Shown here: positions 10,615 to 20,734 of the stretch, piece by piece
How the letters are laid out: each line of letters starts with the position of its first letter
Numbering within the stretch: position 1 is the first letter of the stretch
From: Patescibacteria group bacterium
GTDB lineage: Bacteria; Patescibacteriota; Microgenomatia; UBA10105; UBA927
NCBI GenBank assembly: GCA_035510735.1
Contig: DATKGN010000012.1
Span: forward strand, 9,013 to 73,012
Length of the DNA: 64,000 nt
Reading direction: 5' to 3'
Program-made: the position numbers and the translations under genes
The notes under the pieces: model-generated
What the model was told of the DNA's origin: nothing
The model's database searches: none
What the model saw: the letters and a program-made list of their open reading frames with translations, nothing else

Positions 10615-11154
10615 ATGTCAAAGCAAAAATATGCAGTTATTGTCGTTGATATGCTAGAGGATTTTGTTTACGGTACTCTTAAAAATGAACGGGCAAAACG
10701 GATCATTCCGCATATCGCAGCATTACTTACCCATGCGAGAAACAATCATTGGGTTGTTGTCTATGCAAATGACGCCCATTTGCCGGGTGATCCGGAGGAA
10801 AAGGTATGGGGTCCGCATGCGCTTGCGGGAAGCCCCGGTGCACGGGTTATAAAAGAACTTACGCCGCACAACGGTGATTTTGTTTTGGGTAAGCGGACAT
10901 ACAGCTCTTTTTACGAAACCGGATTAGACTTGCTGTTACGTGAAAAAGGAGTGAGTACGGTCATTATTGTCGGCCAGCATACCCATATATGTGTCCGTCA
11001 CACGAGTGCCGATGCGTTTGCAAAAAATTATTCAATCATTATTCCTGAGGATGGTGTTGAATCATTTACTGATGAAGACCATATTGGCGGACTTGCGTAC
11101 CTCAAGATGTGTTACGCGGCAACAATTGTTGAAACGGATCACCTACTACACTGA
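10615..11154 (+). CDS. pncA: Nicotinamidase/isochorismatase family cysteine hydrolase
   Basis: VVDM...DAH...H...K...ICV triad; GGAGG RBS; lies between pncB and nadE. Confidence 0.75.
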   Translation: MSKQKYAVIVVDMLEDFVYGTLKNERAKRIIPHIAALLTHARNNHWVVVYANDAHLPGDPEEKVWGPHALAGSPGARVIKELTPHNGDFVLGKRTYSSFYETGLDLLLREKGVSTVIIVGQHTHICVRHTSADAFAKNYSIIIPEDGVESFTDEDHIGGLAYLKMCYAATIVETDHLLH

Positions 11155-11155
11155 T

Positions 11156-11923
11156 ATGGATTCTATCGATCCAAGCCGTGTTACCGCACAGCTCGTTGGG
11201 TTTATAACATCGTCCTTCAAACACGATGGGTATTCGGATGGCCTCATCGGTGTTTCCGGCGGGGTTGACTCTGCGGTAAGTTTGTCGCTTACCGTTTGTG
11301 CGATCGGAGCTGCGCATATTCATCCTGTCTTGTTGCCTTACGGACGACTTAATACTGAGGAGACGAAAGATGCACAAATGATTATTGAGTCATTACATAT
11401 TCCTTTGAATAACATTCATCTTGTTAATATACAACCAATGGTTGATGCGATCGTTGCGTATGATACGCATATGGACGACGGGCGACGCGGAAACATTATG
11501 GCGCGGACGCGGATGATGATCATGTTTGATCTTTCAAAGAAAATGAATATGCTTGTTGTCGGAACAGAAAACAGAACAGAATATCTATTGGGTTACTATA
11601 CCCGATTTGGCGATGAAGCAAGTGATATTGAGCCATTGAAACATCTCTACAAAGCGCATGTATATATGCTCGCCCACTATCTTAAAATTCCGGAAAAAAT
11701 ATGCATAAAACCACCGACAGCCGGTTTATGGTCAGGTCAAACGGATGAGAGGGAATTTGGGTTTCGATATAAAGACGTCGATGAGGTGCTGTTTCTGCAT
11801 TTTGAAAAGCATGTACCCAAAGAAGAAATTGTTCGAAGAGGATATGACATGAGTATGATAGAACGGATTTGGTGGTGGATTTCTAAGGGGGCCTTTAAAG
11901 ATAGAATGCCGCTCGTGCTTTAG
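11156..11923 (+). CDS. nadE: NH3-dependent NAD+ synthetase
   Basis: GVSGGVDS, GNIMARTRM, GYYTRFGD, PTAGLWSGQTDE. Confidence 0.93.
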   Translation: MDSIDPSRVTAQLVGFITSSFKHDGYSDGLIGVSGGVDSAVSLSLTVCAIGAAHIHPVLLPYGRLNTEETKDAQMIIESLHIPLNNIHLVNIQPMVDAIVAYDTHMDDGRRGNIMARTRMMIMFDLSKKMNMLVVGTENRTEYLLGYYTRFGDEASDIEPLKHLYKAHVYMLAHYLKIPEKICIKPPTAGLWSGQTDEREFGFRYKDVDEVLFLHFEKHVPKEEIVRRGYDMSMIERIWWWISKGAFKDRMPLVL

Positions 11924-11999
11924 CGCTAGGTTATTGCGTCTTCTATAAACGTGTGATATTCTTCGCCCATTAGTATCTGCCACAAGAAAAGGAGCGAGT

Positions 12000-12722
12000 A
12001 TGCCGAGAGCTAAAAAATCAAAATCTACCCCGAAAAAACAGTCTCGAAGTGCCATGAAGACATTGCATGAAATGATCGATACGAAAACAGAAGACCTGAT
12101 TCCGAACGATCCGACAGCGCCGTCTGATATGCTTCGCGATCCGTCAAGGGCTGCATCGTTCCGATGGGGAGTCGTGCTTGTTCTTTTGGTGGTCATTGCG
12201 ATTGCCTATTTAGGAAACCGCGGATATATCGTTGCGGCTCTTGTGAACGGAAAGCCGATTTTTGGCTGGAATGTGAATCAGGCCATCATGTCGCGCTACG
12301 GGCAGCAGACATTAACAACGATGATCAATGAACAGCTTATTACAGAAGCTGCAAAAAAGCAGGGGGTCGTCATTTCACAAAATGATATTAGCGCAAAAGA
12401 GAACGATCTTATGAAATCATTGGGTCCAGGCGTCAAAATTGATGATGTCCTCAAATATCAAGGGATGTCACGGGCTGATTTTGATGATCAGGTACGGCTA
12501 CAGCTCATTGTTGAGAAGGTGCTTGGGAAAGATGTCGCTGTCAGCGACAGCGAGATTGCCGATTATATTACTAAAAACAAGGATACCCTGACGGCGTCCG
12601 ATGAAGCCGGGATGAATGCGGAAGCTAAGCAGGCAATCTTTTCCCAAAAGATCAATGATAAAGTGCAGACGTGGTTTAGCGCTCTCAAGGCTCAGGCAAA
12701 GATCGTCACATTGTTAAAGTAA
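12000..12722 (+). CDS. SurA N-terminal/PrsA-like chaperone
   Basis: TM followed by AALVNGKPI...MINEQLITEAAKKQGV, ending LKAQAKI. Confidence 0.75.
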   Translation: MPRAKKSKSTPKKQSRSAMKTLHEMIDTKTEDLIPNDPTAPSDMLRDPSRAASFRWGVVLVLLVVIAIAYLGNRGYIVAALVNGKPIFGWNVNQAIMSRYGQQTLTTMINEQLITEAAKKQGVVISQNDISAKENDLMKSLGPGVKIDDVLKYQGMSRADFDDQVRLQLIVEKVLGKDVAVSDSEIADYITKNKDTLTASDEAGMNAEAKQAIFSQKINDKVQTWFSALKAQAKIVTLLK

Positions 12723-12728
12723 TCCTAT

Positions 12729-13421
12729 ATGCGTTCGGCGGCTCTTGTCATTTTTATTATTGTGGCAGTTGGTGTCGGAACGTGGTTTACTTTGTCACGC
12801 AGGTTTGCACCGACCCAGGGGCAACCGTCAAAAACGACGACAGTCACAAAAACAACAGATATGCCACAATCAACACCAGTCGTAAGTGGTAAAAAAACAT
12901 ACGGCGCGCCGCCGCCAATGACGATTGATGTGAATAAAACTTATACGGCGGCGATCACCACATCAAAAGGCGTTATGAAATTGACACTTTTTGCAAAAGA
13001 TACACCGGTCACGGTGAACAATTTCGTCTTCCTCGCAAAAAACGGATTTTACGATCAGACGATATTTCACCGGATTATTAAGGGATTCATGATCCAGGGC
13101 GGTGATCCCAAGGGGGACGGTACGGGAGGACCGGGGTATCAGTTCAATGATGAGCCCATAACGCGAGACTACACACGGGGAACTATCGCGATGGCTAATG
13201 CGGGACCCAATACGAATGGCAGCCAGTTTTTTATCATGCATGCTGATTATCAGTTGCCAAAAGATTATGTTATTTTCGGTTCTATAGATCCATCTGATAC
13301 TGCGAGCCTGTCTACCCTTGATGCGATTGCAAATATCCCGGTCACGATGAGCGCAAGCGGCGAACAGTCAAAGCCCATTGACACGGTAACAGTTTCCAGT
13401 ATTATGGTTGAAGAAAAGTAG
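12729..13421 (+). CDS. Cyclophilin-type peptidyl-prolyl isomerase
   Basis: FHRIIKGFMIQGGDP, AMANAGPNTNGSQFFI. Confidence 0.95.
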   Translation: MRSAALVIFIIVAVGVGTWFTLSRRFAPTQGQPSKTTTVTKTTDMPQSTPVVSGKKTYGAPPPMTIDVNKTYTAAITTSKGVMKLTLFAKDTPVTVNNFVFLAKNGFYDQTIFHRIIKGFMIQGGDPKGDGTGGPGYQFNDEPITRDYTRGTIAMANAGPNTNGSQFFIMHADYQLPKDYVIFGSIDPSDTASLSTLDAIANIPVTMSASGEQSKPIDTVTVSSIMVEEK

Positions 13422-13436
13422 CGAACAACTGTTTTT

Positions 13437-15419
13437 ATGCACGCAATTATAGCTGGACTTATTGGGATTATTGCCTCACTCCTTTCAATTATTAGACCTG
13501 TTCCCATATCGCCCCTTAAGCTCTATTGGTTTATTCCTGACGGAGTGAGAGCTGAGCCGACACTCTTTACGGTATATAAGTGGGCAGAGGACGGGAAACT
13601 TCCCAATATTAAAAAACTCATTGATAACGGTTCGTACGGGTATTCGTATCCGAATTTTCCGAGTCACACGCCGACCAATTTCGCTGCGCTTCTGACCGGT
13701 TCGTACCCAGACGTGAACGGTGTTGACGACGGACCGATGCATGTGATCGGGAAACCGCTTGATAAAGTGGCAATTACCGGATTCAGCTCAACGGCGAAAA
13801 AAGTGCCGCCTATCTGGACGACGCTTGAACAGGTTGGCATGAAAGTTGCTATCGTTTCCGTACCGGGTTCAACACCGCCGGAGATTCAAAAAGGCGTCGT
13901 TATACGCGGGCGGTGGGGCGGATGGGGAGCTGACTTTCCGGCATTAAACTATCAGACAAAAGGCGACCTTTCTCAACGGATTCGACAGGGGCGAAGCTCC
14001 CGGTTTTTTTATTTGGGTCCGGAGTTGACACAGTATGATGACAGCGTTGAAGCCACCGGGTGGGCCACACCGCCAACATCATTTTCTCCGCCGAAAGAAG
14101 TAACGCTTGACGCGTGGGGGACGCCTGTGTACCTCTATATTTACGATGCTTCTGACGATCATACAGTCAATTACAATAAAATTGCATTTTCTCTTGACAG
14201 AGCAACCATTTTTGCTGATCTGACAACCGGCGCGTGGGGTAATTGGTCGCCGATAACGCTCAAGTGGCATGCAGGAAATCAAGAGACCGATGTGGCAACA
14301 AGCGTGAAACCGGCGGTTATAAAAGTTGATGCGGACGGGTTTTTCCGTGTACGATTATATTTTGATGCGCTCAATCGCTATATCACGATGCCAGCGGAAG
14401 CCGCGGATATTTTGGAAAAAACCGTCGGCCCCATGGTTGATTTTCCTGATAATTTTCCGGCACAACTTATCTATTATCCGGAGGACAAGAAGATTTTCCA
14501 GGATGAAGCCAACATGTCCTTTGATTGGCATACGAAGGCAATTTCTCAGGTTATCAAAAATTTTACGCCGAACGTTGTCATCCACGATATTTATACGCCG
14601 AACCAGATGCTAACCAGCCGCTGGTGGATGGGATATGTTGATCCGAAAAGTACCCGCTATAATGATGTATCGCAGGCAAACCGGGATCAGTTATGGCAGG
14701 AAGTACAGGGCATGTATAAACAGCTTGATACGATGGTGGGGGAGATTATCAACAATTCCGGACCGAATACCTATATCGTATTTAGCTCCGATCACGGAAA
14801 TGTACCGCTCAATACGTATGTTAATCTCAATAATCTTTTTGCGAAAAACGGATGGTTGAAATTTACCATCAACCCGAAGACAGGAGAGCCGATTATTGAT
14901 TGGGAACATTCCCAGGTCATCTATCTCAAGATGGCGCATGTGTATATAAATCCCAACGGGCTTGGCGGAAATTATTCAAGGGGATCAGGACCCGCGTATG
15001 AGAAATTACGAAACGACGTCATTAAGACGCTGACAGATCTTGCCGATGATAAGGGGGTAAAACCGATCGTTGATATTGTTAAATGGGAAGATGCAAAACA
15101 ATATCTTCAGATGGATCCGGACCGCGCAGGCGATCTTATTATCGCAAACGCCCCGGGGTATGGATTTAACGAAGAAATGTCCAATGACTTAGCCTTATTT
15201 TCCATTCCCGATGTGACCGGATACAAACAGGCAATTATCGCGCGAGATGATCCCGGTATGTGGACACCGTTTATTATCGCAGGTCCCGGGATCAAAGCGC
15301 ATCATTACTTGGGAGATACGCCGTTCTCTTTGGTTGATCAATATCCGACGATTATGAAAGCGCTTGGGGTGCCGATCCCCGGTTTTGTTCAGGGGAAAGC
15401 CCTTGACGTGTTCAAGTAA
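13437..15419 (+). CDS. Alkaline phosphatase superfamily (NPP/phosphodiesterase-type) secreted enzyme
   Basis: DG...PSHTPTN nucleophile motif, SDHG; N-terminal signal/anchor. Confidence 0.8.
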   Translation: MHAIIAGLIGIIASLLSIIRPVPISPLKLYWFIPDGVRAEPTLFTVYKWAEDGKLPNIKKLIDNGSYGYSYPNFPSHTPTNFAALLTGSYPDVNGVDDGPMHVIGKPLDKVAITGFSSTAKKVPPIWTTLEQVGMKVAIVSVPGSTPPEIQKGVVIRGRWGGWGADFPALNYQTKGDLSQRIRQGRSSRFFYLGPELTQYDDSVEATGWATPPTSFSPPKEVTLDAWGTPVYLYIYDASDDHTVNYNKIAFSLDRATIFADLTTGAWGNWSPITLKWHAGNQETDVATSVKPAVIKVDADGFFRVRLYFDALNRYITMPAEAADILEKTVGPMVDFPDNFPAQLIYYPEDKKIFQDEANMSFDWHTKAISQVIKNFTPNVVIHDIYTPNQMLTSRWWMGYVDPKSTRYNDVSQANRDQLWQEVQGMYKQLDTMVGEIINNSGPNTYIVFSSDHGNVPLNTYVNLNNLFAKNGWLKFTINPKTGEPIIDWEHSQVIYLKMAHVYINPNGLGGNYSRGSGPAYEKLRNDVIKTLTDLADDKGVKPIVDIVKWEDAKQYLQMDPDRAGDLIIANAPGYGFNEEMSNDLALFSIPDVTGYKQAIIARDDPGMWTPFIIAGPGIKAHHYLGDTPFSLVDQYPTIMKALGVPIPGFVQGKALDVFK

Positions 15420-15462
15420 ATTCTTCGATCTGCTACAATGGGTTAAAGAGAGGGTGATATCT

Positions 15463-15747
15463 ATGCCGTGGTATCTAGGAAATAACGTCAGCGTACACAA
15501 TATGTGGTGGGGCGGTGGCTGGCTTTGGTCTATACCAGGTGTATTTATCTTTTTAGCAGCTTGGTCCGTGGTATGGACGGGATTAGCGCTTTGGCATGCC
15601 GGACGACGGTGCGAGAAGTGGTGGTTTATATTTTTCTTATTGGTTCATACTGCAGGCATAGCCGAAATTTTGTACCTTGTATTTGTGGCTAAAATATTTT
15701 CATCGGGAGCAAAACCAATTACCAAAGGACGGAAAAAATCCCGTTAA
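15463..15747 (+). CDS. DUF5652-like small membrane protein
   Basis: WTGLALWHAGRRCEKWWFIFFLLVHTAGIAEILY; start uncertain (15463 or 15502). Confidence 0.75.
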   Translation: MPWYLGNNVSVHNMWWGGGWLWSIPGVFIFLAAWSVVWTGLALWHAGRRCEKWWFIFFLLVHTAGIAEILYLVFVAKIFSSGAKPITKGRKKSR

Positions 15748-16853
15748 TGCGAGTTCCGGTGATTTCTGCCCAAATACTTCGTATGAAGACGTGGCAAAAA
15801 CTCAAAGAGCATCCTCAATTGTGGAACCGGTATTTTGTGAGGGAAAAAGTCCTGACTGCCATACGAAGATTTTTCCAAGACCGTAAGTTTCATGAAGTAG
15901 AGACGCCCATTCTCATCGCCCGTCCGCCTGCGGAAAGTTATCTCGAAGTATTCGAAACGACACTTCTTGACCGCGCCCGTAAACCCTCAAAAGCCTATTT
16001 ATCGACGTCTCCCGAGGTACCGCTTAAAAAACTCCTCGTCGCGGGCATTGGAAATTGCTTTGCCCTGACGAAAAGTTTCCGCAATACCGAAACGCAGAGC
16101 GATCTTCATAACCCCGAATTTACTATTCTTGAATGGTATCGGGTCGATGCAGATTACAAGGATATTATGGAAGATTGTGAAGAGTTGCTGCTTTTTATCA
16201 ATACGTATCTGGAGCGTATGGGGAATAATCCGTATAACCTGCGGCCCACGGAACTCATGTATCAGCATAAGCATGTCGATCTTTCCCCGCCGTGGGAGCG
16301 GCTCTCCGTGGCCGGGAGTTTTGCAAAATGGGCTCATATTGATTTTGAAGAGTTTTTTGACTTCAAAAACGCCAAAAACATCGCAACAAAGAAGGGATAC
16401 CGGGTTGAAAAACAAACGACATGGGAGGAATTATACAATCAGATTCTGCTCAACGAAATTGAACCGCATTTGGGTCGGGGGAGACCTACAATTTTGTATG
16501 ATTTCCCCTCCGCGATGGGGGCGCTTGCAAAGAAGAAAAAAGACGATCCCCGATTCGCCGAACGGTTTGAATTTTATATTGAGGGACTTGAACTCGGAGA
16601 TTGTTACAGTGAACTCACCGACGCCAAAGAGCAGAAGGAGCGGTTTGATAACGAGCTTGCCGAAATTAAACGGCTCGGGAAAACGTCGTACGAGTACGAT
16701 CGCGATTTCATCGGTGCATTAAAGGCGGGGCTCCCGACGTGTAGCGGAATTGCCGTCGGTGTTGACCGACTTATCATGCTTTTTGCCAATGCGAAAAAAA
16801 TACAAGACATTTTATTTTTTCCGTCTGAGGAATTATTTACCAAAACGTCATGA
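15747..16853 (+). CDS. epmA: EF-P lysine ligase EpmA (GenX/PoxA)
   Basis: LysRS-like catalytic domain without anticodon domain: EVETP, TSPE, HNPEFTILEWY, ERFEFYI, GIAVGVDRL; efp nearby. Confidence 0.9.
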   Translation: MRVPVISAQILRMKTWQKLKEHPQLWNRYFVREKVLTAIRRFFQDRKFHEVETPILIARPPAESYLEVFETTLLDRARKPSKAYLSTSPEVPLKKLLVAGIGNCFALTKSFRNTETQSDLHNPEFTILEWYRVDADYKDIMEDCEELLLFINTYLERMGNNPYNLRPTELMYQHKHVDLSPPWERLSVAGSFAKWAHIDFEEFFDFKNAKNIATKKGYRVEKQTTWEELYNQILLNEIEPHLGRGRPTILYDFPSAMGALAKKKKDDPRFAERFEFYIEGLELGDCYSELTDAKEQKERFDNELAEIKRLGKTSYEYDRDFIGALKAGLPTCSGIAVGVDRLIMLFANAKKIQDILFFPSEELFTKTS

Positions 16854-17308
16854 ATATCCGCCTGGCGAACCTGAAGGATCAGGAGAAGGTATTGCTGCTC
16901 CTGAATGAGCTCGGAGAAGTTATTAATGAGGTTGTCCGTTTCGATCCTGATAATGTCCGCGCACATGAATTAGGCAGGGAGAATTATAAACAAGCGATGA
17001 GTAGAGAGGACAGGAGGGTATTTATTGTTGAGCATGAAGGTGATGTAATCGGGGTTGCAACGTTTTTCATACTCACGGATTTCATTACCGGCCGCGCGTT
17101 TGCCCATATCGATGATTTTGTTATCAAAAAAAAGTTTCGGGGAAAAGGGATCGGGGCCAAACTTCTCACATTCATCAAGGAATATGCCAAGAATAATCAC
17201 ATTCGTACCGTCAAGCTCACCTCAAGTCCCCAGTTGACCCGGGCATATAAATTTTATAAACGACACGGCGGAGTCTTTTCCCAGCGGGTGATTAAATTTG
17301 AGGTATAA
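16850..17308 (+). CDS. GNAT acetyltransferase
   Basis: IDDFVIKKKFRGKGIGAKLL motif A. Confidence 0.9.
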   Translation: MNIRLANLKDQEKVLLLLNELGEVINEVVRFDPDNVRAHELGRENYKQAMSREDRRVFIVEHEGDVIGVATFFILTDFITGRAFAHIDDFVIKKKFRGKGIGAKLLTFIKEYAKNNHIRTVKLTSSPQLTRAYKFYKRHGGVFSQRVIKFEV

Positions 17309-18004
17309 ATGGCAGATCAGATAAAAAATGTCATCGCTTCAATCCCTCCCTCCGTTACCGTTGTTGCGGTTACGAAAACATTTCCGTTTGAGCGGGTGCA
17401 GGAAGCGTACACCCAAGAAGCGCGGCATTTTGGAGAAAACAGAGTTCATGAGGCAGAGGAGAAAATTATCTTAGCTCATCAAAACAATATGCGCGACATC
17501 GCCTGGCACATGATCGGGCACGTGCAGGGGAATAAGGCGAGGGACGTTGCAAAACTATTTGATTGTGTCGATTCAGTTGATAGTATTGATCTTGCAAAAC
17601 AACTTGATAAGGAAGCGGCAAGCGCAGGGAAAAAACTGCGCATCCTTCTTGAGGTAAATTTAAGCGGTGAGCTCACGAAGTACGGCTTTGATCTAGCTCA
17701 TTGGGATGGGCAAACGGACAAACGGGACCGGTTTCTGGCGACTATTTCTGATTTGACCCGGTTTTCCAATATTACCATTGAGGGTCTCATGACGATGCCG
17801 CGGTATGTTACCAATCCGGAGGATAACAGGGCCATTTTTCAATCCATGAAAAAACTGTCAGAGACACTGCGTACACAGACTCCGGGTTTTGGATCGGAGC
17901 TTAGCATGGGAACCAGCTGTGATTACCGTGTTGCAATAGAAGAAGGGGCGACTCAGGTGAGGTTGGGGGAGGTATTGTTCGGTAAAAGACCTGTTGTACG
18001 GTAA
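17309..18004 (+). CDS. yggS: YggS/PLPBP pyridoxal phosphate homeostasis protein
   Basis: VAVTK, FGENR, WHMIGHVQGNK, LSMGTS, VRLG. Confidence 0.93.
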   Translation: MADQIKNVIASIPPSVTVVAVTKTFPFERVQEAYTQEARHFGENRVHEAEEKIILAHQNNMRDIAWHMIGHVQGNKARDVAKLFDCVDSVDSIDLAKQLDKEAASAGKKLRILLEVNLSGELTKYGFDLAHWDGQTDKRDRFLATISDLTRFSNITIEGLMTMPRYVTNPEDNRAIFQSMKKLSETLRTQTPGFGSELSMGTSCDYRVAIEEGATQVRLGEVLFGKRPVVR

Positions 18005-18086
18005 ATTACCTTCACACTCCATTGAAAACAGCCCGATCCGGCGGTATAATATGATTAATCTCCAGTAGTAAGGGGGATTTTTATTT

Positions 18087-18650
18087 ATGAGCACCATCAC
18101 GACCGCACAATTTTCTAAAGGAATATTTATTGAATTTAAGGGTGAACCTCACCAGATTGTGGACCTTACCTTCGTCAATCCCGGCAAGGGGTCGGCGTTC
18201 GTCCGCGTCAAGCTTAAATCCATAAAAACAGGAAAAGTGCAGGAATTTACGTACAAATCCGGCGAGTCGGCGGAAGAAGTCGTCATTAACACCCAGGAGA
18301 TGCAGTATCTCTATAAAGAAGGGGATAAGTATATTTTCATGGATAATATGTCGTATGAACAATTTTCCGTTCCTGAGGCAATGCTCGGGAATTACGTCAA
18401 TTACCTGAAGCCGAACGATACCTATCAACTCCTTATTAACGGTGAAGATGCCGTCGGCATGCGGTTTCCCAAAAAGGTGCATTTGAAAGTTACCGAAGCT
18501 GATGACGGGGCAAAGGGTAACACCGTTTCGGGAGCCACAAAGACCGTCGTTGTTGAAACCGGCGCCGTCATCACCGTTCCTCTTTTTATTAAACAGGGCG
18601 AAATTATCGCCATCGACCCCGAGACCGGCACATACCTCGAGCGAGGATAA
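18087..18650 (+). CDS. efp: Elongation factor P
   Basis: PGKGSAFVR loop; VPLFI...TGTYLER; TTGAAA-17-TATAAT promoter at 18022-18050. Confidence 0.97.
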   Translation: MSTITTAQFSKGIFIEFKGEPHQIVDLTFVNPGKGSAFVRVKLKSIKTGKVQEFTYKSGESAEEVVINTQEMQYLYKEGDKYIFMDNMSYEQFSVPEAMLGNYVNYLKPNDTYQLLINGEDAVGMRFPKKVHLKVTEADDGAKGNTVSGATKTVVVETGAVITVPLFIKQGEIIAIDPETGTYLERG

Positions 18651-18669
18651 AGGGTGTTACAATTACCCC

Positions 18670-19443
18670 ATGGAAGAAAAGCGGATCGCCCTTGAGAAAG
18701 GAAATATTACCTATCTTAAAGACGGGAGCGGACCACCTTTATTATTCCTTCATGGCGGGCTTGCTTCACCGCATGCGTATATTCCGTTTATTGAACTTCT
18801 TGCACGGCGTTACACCGTTATCGCTCCAACGCACCCCGGTCACGGAGACTCATTTTCACTTCCTACCTCATGGCAGTTTGAGGATTACGGATTGGTGTAT
18901 GAGCATTTTTTTCAGGCGCTCAACCTGACACCACTCATGATGGTCGGTCATTCGTTCGGAGGGGCAATTGCGTTTTATCTTGCCGGGAAGCGACTGGCCA
19001 CTTCAATTGTCGCATTTGATGCGGTTGGACTTCCCGTTGCCGTAACCCGAAATGAATATCTGGAGACCCTTTCGCATGAGGCGCAGATAATGTTTCCCGA
19101 AGTCGTTAAACGGAAGCAACTTGCTGAGATGCTATCGGCGACGGGTAATATTCTCTATAACTCGTTTAAACACCCAGAGAGCATCTCGTGGCTCGAAACA
19201 AAAGGCACCCGTCTCGACCTGAGTGCCCTCCTTGCGACCATTGATATACCAGTTCATCTTTTTTGGGGTGCTGAAGACCGTATTATCCCGGTTTCCGTGG
19301 GGGAAGCGATGAAAAAAATATTGCCACACGCAACGCTCAAGATTTTTCCGGGCAAAGGACACGCATATATCGCAACCGACCCCGAATTTACGTATAACGA
19401 ATTCATGCAAGTACAGAAAAACAACAAAAATAGTTCTTCGTAA
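18670..19443 (+). CDS. Alpha/beta hydrolase
   Basis: LHGG, GHGDS, GHSFGG nucleophile elbow, GH. Confidence 0.9.
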   Translation: MEEKRIALEKGNITYLKDGSGPPLLFLHGGLASPHAYIPFIELLARRYTVIAPTHPGHGDSFSLPTSWQFEDYGLVYEHFFQALNLTPLMMVGHSFGGAIAFYLAGKRLATSIVAFDAVGLPVAVTRNEYLETLSHEAQIMFPEVVKRKQLAEMLSATGNILYNSFKHPESISWLETKGTRLDLSALLATIDIPVHLFWGAEDRIIPVSVGEAMKKILPHATLKIFPGKGHAYIATDPEFTYNEFMQVQKNNKNSSS

Positions 19444-19490
19444 TCTTATATTATTTGCCCCCGCGCACTCTTGTACGCTACACTCGTAGT

Positions 19491-20687
19491 ATGCGGTTAA
19501 AACTGCCCAAATGGAAACAATTGCCTCTCTGGCATTGGATTGTGGCCGGAGTCGTTGCTGTTATCGTGGTACTAAGTATTACCACCTGGGCAGTTGATGC
19601 GTGGGATACAATTCAGGAAAAAATACAAGGCACTACATGGGAAAATCAAAAACTTCAAAGTCAGGTCGCAACAATTGCCCAAGAGTTAAGCGATATTCAG
19701 CATCAAGATCAGTACGTAAAGAATAAACAATTATCCTCGGATATTACAGATATTGAGTCGACGTATCAACAGACGGTAGCGACCTATGAAGACCTCCTTC
19801 GGCTCAAGGATGTGGAGAAAGATACGACGAAATACGATGATGCATTCGCTGACGTTCTTTCCCTTCTTTCAAAAAGAAATTACGCATCAGCGGCCTCCGA
19901 ACTTACAACGCTTCAGAATAATATAACTGGTGAGCAGCAAAAAATCGCAAGCTCATTCACGATTCCGAGTAATGTTCCTTCAAGTAATGCTCCGCCGGGG
20001 AGCGGGTTTAGTCAGCAATCGGTGACTACGGACATCGGGACGTTTTTAGTTGATATGATTGCCGCCGATGTAAGTACGACACACGTGTATGTGGATACCG
20101 CATCCTCAGGCACGTGCGGCAACAACTGTCCTGTATTACCTCTCGGAGATTACGTTTCAAGAACCGGCGCATTCGCCGGAGTGAACGGCGGCTATTTTTG
20201 CCCTGCTGATTATCCGAGTTGCGCCGGCAAAACCGGCTCATTTGATACGCTCCTCATGAATAAAAACAAGGTCTATTTTAATTCCGATAACAATGTGTAT
20301 AGCACGGTCCCCGCTGTTATTTTCGGAAACGGATTTATCCGGTTTGTCGGCCGGTCGCTTGAGTGGGGGAGAGATACGGGTATCGATAGCATGATTGCCA
20401 ACCAGCCTCTCGTTCTTTCCGGTGGCACTATCGCCTTCGGTGGAAACGGGGACCCGAAAATGAGTTCAAAAAGCACCCGCGGGTTTGTTGCCAATAAAGG
20501 AAATACTGTCTACATCGGGATGATGTTCAATGCGTCAGTTTCGGATATGGGGCATATTGCAAAAGCGTTGGGGTTTGATAACACATTAAATCTTGATGAT
20601 GGCGGCTCGGCAGCGCTCTGGAGCGGAGGATATAAAGTAGGTCCGGGGCGGAATTTACCGAACGCGATTGTGTTTGTAAGGAAATAA
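19491..20687 (+). CDS. Phosphodiester glycosidase (NAGPA-like) with TM and coiled coil
   Basis: VNGGYF, LNLDDGGS, RNLPNAI. Confidence 0.8.
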   Translation: MRLKLPKWKQLPLWHWIVAGVVAVIVVLSITTWAVDAWDTIQEKIQGTTWENQKLQSQVATIAQELSDIQHQDQYVKNKQLSSDITDIESTYQQTVATYEDLLRLKDVEKDTTKYDDAFADVLSLLSKRNYASAASELTTLQNNITGEQQKIASSFTIPSNVPSSNAPPGSGFSQQSVTTDIGTFLVDMIAADVSTTHVYVDTASSGTCGNNCPVLPLGDYVSRTGAFAGVNGGYFCPADYPSCAGKTGSFDTLLMNKNKVYFNSDNNVYSTVPAVIFGNGFIRFVGRSLEWGRDTGIDSMIANQPLVLSGGTIAFGGNGDPKMSSKSTRGFVANKGNTVYIGMMFNASVSDMGHIAKALGFDNTLNLDDGGSAALWSGGYKVGPGRNLPNAIVFVRK

Positions 20688-20734
20688 TTCGCGTTGACAA
20701 CTCGTGTTGTCAATGGAACAATGAAATTATCTCT

